From Candidatus Dadabacteria bacterium (lineage in GTDB: Bacteria > Desulfobacterota_D > UBA1144 > Nemesobacterales > CSP1-2): a DNA stretch of 64,000 nucleotides. The stretch covers positions 224,001-288,000 of the forward strand of contig CAWDVW010000005.1 of the NCBI GenBank assembly GCA_963805855.1, in the 5' to 3' direction. This document shows, one piece after another, positions 61,036 through 64,000 of the stretch; the first letter of the stretch is position 1; each line of letters begins with the position of its first letter. The translations under genes and the position numbers were made by a program. The notes under the pieces are model-generated. The model saw only the letters and a list, made by a program, of their open reading frames with translations. It made no database searches and was not told the DNA's origin.

Positions 61036-62004
61036 CTAGATCGGCACCTTTACCCTTTCAAGAACTTCATTAAGCAAGTCCTCTTGCCTTCTCTTTTCGG
61101 GCAGATGCTCGTATTTTAAAACAACCCGGTGCGAAAGAACAGGTATCACCATTTCCTTTATATCATCAGGTATGCAGAAGCTTCGGCCATCAAGAAGCGC
61201 TCTCGACTGCGCAGCTAATTTAAGCGCAATCGCTCCCCTGGGACTAACGCCAAGCTCGAAATATTTCTGGTTTCTCGTTTCTTTGACTATAGACAATATA
61301 TAATCCAGAAGCGATTCATCGATACTTACCTGCTGTGTCATACTTTGAAGCTGCAGTAACTCCTCCTTCGTCAAAACAGGCTTAATCCCGTTCAGGAAAC
61401 CGAGAGAATTAAATTTGACAAGAATCTCCATTTCACTTTCATAGTCGGGATATCCAATTCTTACCCTCATAAGGAATCTATCGAGCTGGTTTTCCGGAAG
61501 AGGAAAAGTACCTTTATACTCAAATGGATTCTGCGTGGCAACTACCATAAAGGGATCAGGAAGCCTGTGACTATACCCATCGATTGTGACGACAGATTCA
61601 TTCATCGCCTCCAGCAATGCGCTTTGCGTTTTTGGTGTGGCCCTGTTTATCTCGTCCACGAAAACGACATTCGCGAAAATTGGCCCATGCTTAAAGTTAA
61701 ACTCCCCGGTATTTTGATCAAATATCGAAACACCGAGTATATCGGTAGGCAGTAGATCGCTGGTAAACTGTAACCTTTTAAAAGATAGGTCAACCGAATT
61801 TGCGAGGGCCTGGGCTAAAGTTGTCTTTCCTACACCCGGGACATCCTCTATCAATAAATGTCCACGTGAAATAAGTGCTACTATAGCAGTTTTTATTACT
61901 TCGGGTTTTCCCTTTATAACCTGCTGGATATTCTTTTCGAGTCTTCGAATCTTTTCCGAAAGCCCCGAAAGTTCAGAATCAGTCACCAAGCTATGACCTG
62001 CCAT
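61036..62004 (-). CDS. MoxR-family AAA+ ATPase
   Basis: EDVPGVGKT, QFTSDLLP, DEINRA.PKTQSALLEAM, ATQNP, QLDRF; probable start MAGHS overlapping the secA stop. Confidence 0.92.
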   Translation of the reverse strand: MAGHSLVTDSELSGLSEKIRRLEKNIQQVIKGKPEVIKTAIVALISRGHLLIEDVPGVGKTTLAQALANSVDLSFKRLQFTSDLLPTDILGVSIFDQNTGEFNFKHGPIFANVVFVDEINRATPKTQSALLEAMNESVVTIDGYSHRLPDPFMVVATQNPFEYKGTFPLPENQLDRFLMRVRIGYPDYESEMEILVKFNSLGFLNGIKPVLTKEELLQLQSMTQQVSIDESLLDYILSIVKETRNQKYFELGVSPRGAIALKLAAQSRALLDGRSFCIPDDIKEMVIPVLSHRVVLKYEHLPEKRRQEDLLNEVLERVKVPI

Positions 62005-64000
62005 GACATTTCTTGTATTTCTTACCGCTTCCACACGGACACGGATCGTTTCTTCCCACCTTTTTCTCGCGCTTTACAGGTTTCCTTTTTTCTTCCCCCT
62101 CTCCCCTTCCCAACACCATCTGCTTTTGCTGCTCAAGCCTCCTTCTCCGCTCGAGACGCTCCATATCGACGTCGCTTATAGGCTGCACCCTAAAAAGCTT
62201 TTCGCAAACGTCTGCGTTACAGCGGTAAAGCATACCCGAAAACATCTCAAATCCTTCTTTCTTATATTCATAGAGTGGATCTTTTTGCGCATACCCCCTA
62301 AGCCCAATACCTTCTCTCAGATGATCCATGCTTAAAAGATGATCCTTCCATAAGTAATCAATCGTCTGGAGCATAATATATTTTTCGATTTGCCTGAGCG
62401 TTTCCGAACCAATCTGATTCTCCTTCTCATCATAATAACTATGCACTCTTTCCCTGGCATATTCCATAATGTCGGATCGCTTGGCTCCATTCTGAGCGTA
62501 TTGGGAAAAATCTAAATGTACATTGAAGATCCTGTAAATGGATTCATCGAGTTCATTAAAATCCACTCCATCGGATTTCAGGTTCTCAGGCAAATTAGAA
62601 ATAAGGATGCTGTCTTGGAGTTCATCCGCCATATTAAACAGATTATCTTTTAGATTCTCTCCGCCCAGTACTTCTCTTCTCTTTGTATAAATTACATCTC
62701 GCTGCGTGTTTAAAACATCGTCGTACTCAAGCAAATGCTTCCTGATGTCAAAGTTTCTGGACTCAACCCTTTTCTGTGCGTTTTCGATAGACTTGGATAT
62801 CATTTTGTGCTCGATAGGTTCGCCCTCATTCCATCCCAGCTTATCCATGATCCGCGAGATCCGGTCAGAAGCAAAAATCCTCATTAGATCGTCTTCGAGC
62901 GAAACATAGAAACGAGAAGAACCCGGATCCCCCTGTCTACCGGATCTACCCCTCAGCTGATTGTCGATTCTTCTGGCTTCATGCCTCTCGGTACCAATTA
63001 TGTGAAGACCACCGAGCTCAATCACCTTTCTCTTTTCTTCCTCGCAACTCGATTTGGCTTCAAGCATTGCTTCCTCAAACTGATGCGGCTCCGCCTCGTT
63101 AGCTTCGACCTTGAATCTCCTTTTTATAATTTCCCTTGCAAGAAACTCTGGATTTCCGCCAAGTATGATATCCGTACCACGGCCTGCCATATTTGTCGCA
63201 ATGGTTACACCCCCAACTCTTCCAGCCTGCGCCACAATCTCTGCCTCTCTCTCATGATGCTTAGCATTGAGCACCTGGTGCTTGATTCGAAGTTTGTCCA
63301 GCAACTTGCTCACCCTCTCGGATTTTTCGATTGAAGTGGTCCCAACGAGCACAGGCCTTCCCATTTCATTTAGTTCTTTAATCTCTTCCGCCACGGCGCC
63401 AAACTTCTCTCCCTCACTCTTATAGACAGAGTCATTATTGTCAATCCTTATCATCGGCTTATGCGTGGGGACTATTACAACATCCAGGTTATAAATATTT
63501 TTAAACTCAAATGCCTCTGTATCCGCTGTACCGGTCATTCCCGATAACTTTCCATACATCCTGAAGTAGTTCTGAATGGTAATTGTAGCAAGCGTTTGGT
63601 TTTCGCTTTCAATCTCTACCCCCTCCTTAGCCTCTATAGCCTGATGAAGACCGTCACTCCATCTTCTACCAGGCATTAGCCTTCCCGTAAATTCATCAAC
63701 TATGATGACCTTGCCATCTTTCACCATATAGTCGACATCATATTGAAAAAGGTTATGTGCCCGAAGAGCCTGTATCACATGATGGAGTAACTCAATATTT
63801 GAGGGATCATATATGTTGTTAATCTCAAGCATCTTCTCTACCCTGGTAGCGCCTTCTTCGGTGGGTGTCACCTGCCTTGTCTTTTCGTCTACGGTAAAGT
63901 CGACCTCCTTCTTCAGCTTCTTGACCACATTATCTATCTCATAGTAGAGCTGTGTTGAATCTTCAGATGGTCCGGATATAATGAGCGGTGTTCTCGCTTC
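61991..64000 (-). CDS. secA: Preprotein translocase ATPase SecA (5' part outside window)
   Basis: VDEFTGR, GLHQAIEAKE, ATNMAGRGTDI, RRIDNQLRGRSGRQGDPG, C-terminal GRNDPCPCGSGKKYKKCH. Confidence 0.98.
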   Translation of the reverse strand, partial: EARTPLIISGPSEDSTQLYYEIDNVVKKLKKEVDFTVDEKTRQVTPTEEGATRVEKMLEINNIYDPSNIELLHHVIQALRAHNLFQYDVDYMVKDGKVIIVDEFTGRLMPGRRWSDGLHQAIEAKEGVEIESENQTLATITIQNYFRMYGKLSGMTGTADTEAFEFKNIYNLDVVIVPTHKPMIRIDNNDSVYKSEGEKFGAVAEEIKELNEMGRPVLVGTTSIEKSERVSKLLDKLRIKHQVLNAKHHEREAEIVAQAGRVGGVTIATNMAGRGTDIILGGNPEFLAREIIKRRFKVEANEAEPHQFEEAMLEAKSSCEEEKRKVIELGGLHIIGTERHEARRIDNQLRGRSGRQGDPGSSRFYVSLEDDLMRIFASDRISRIMDKLGWNEGEPIEHKMISKSIENAQKRVESRNFDIRKHLLEYDDVLNTQRDVIYTKRREVLGGENLKDNLFNMADELQDSILISNLPENLKSDGVDFNELDESIYRIFNVHLDFSQYAQNGAKRSDIMEYARERVHSYYDEKENQIGSETLRQIEKYIMLQTIDYLWKDHLLSMDHLREGIGLRGYAQKDPLYEYKKEGFEMFSGMLYRCNADVCEKLFRVQPISDVDMERLERRRRLEQQKQMVLGRGEGEEKRKPVKREKKVGRNDPCPCGSGKKYKKCHGRS

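Overview
Chromosomal window from a diderm bacterium. Protein style is deltaproteobacterial-like, possibly Ca. Dadabacteria; that assignment is an inference. It mostly holds housekeeping and metabolic genes: a Zn/Mn ABC transporter with an outer-membrane porin, pncB, oadGAB, a nitrilase, rpmH-rnpA-yidD-yidC-jag, tadA, two paralogous acyl-CoA ligases, trpEG, PMM/PGM, YdbH/YdbL-like envelope proteins, gdhA, thiD, folD, folK, phhB, moxR and a partial secA. No rRNA, tRNA, CRISPR array or transposase gene was seen. Four signals stand out. (1) An island at about 32.3-48.5 kb appears to form a self-contained cascade. A GAF-PAS sigma54 activator faces a consensus -24/-12 promoter driving STAS + ECF sigma. 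A recurrent motif, ATCY-N16-CGTCTAA, sits in front of the aquaporin, the DM13-GMC-VOC-glucose dehydrogenase-glucosidase-debranching operon and the anti-sigma, with a weaker copy before msrAB. (2) A CxxC/RSPP leader ORF lies upstream of the metal porin, and its arrest-motif codons are the exact complement of the porin Shine-Dalgarno. (3) A TGT..ACA MITE family sits at the same base of a REP palindrome, in both orientations, inside an outer hairpin-ended element. (4) A helically phased DnaA-box array at about 58.7-58.9 kb is a candidate oriC, while the rpmH cluster lacks an adjacent dnaA. All family assignments come from recognising motifs by eye; no database searches were run.
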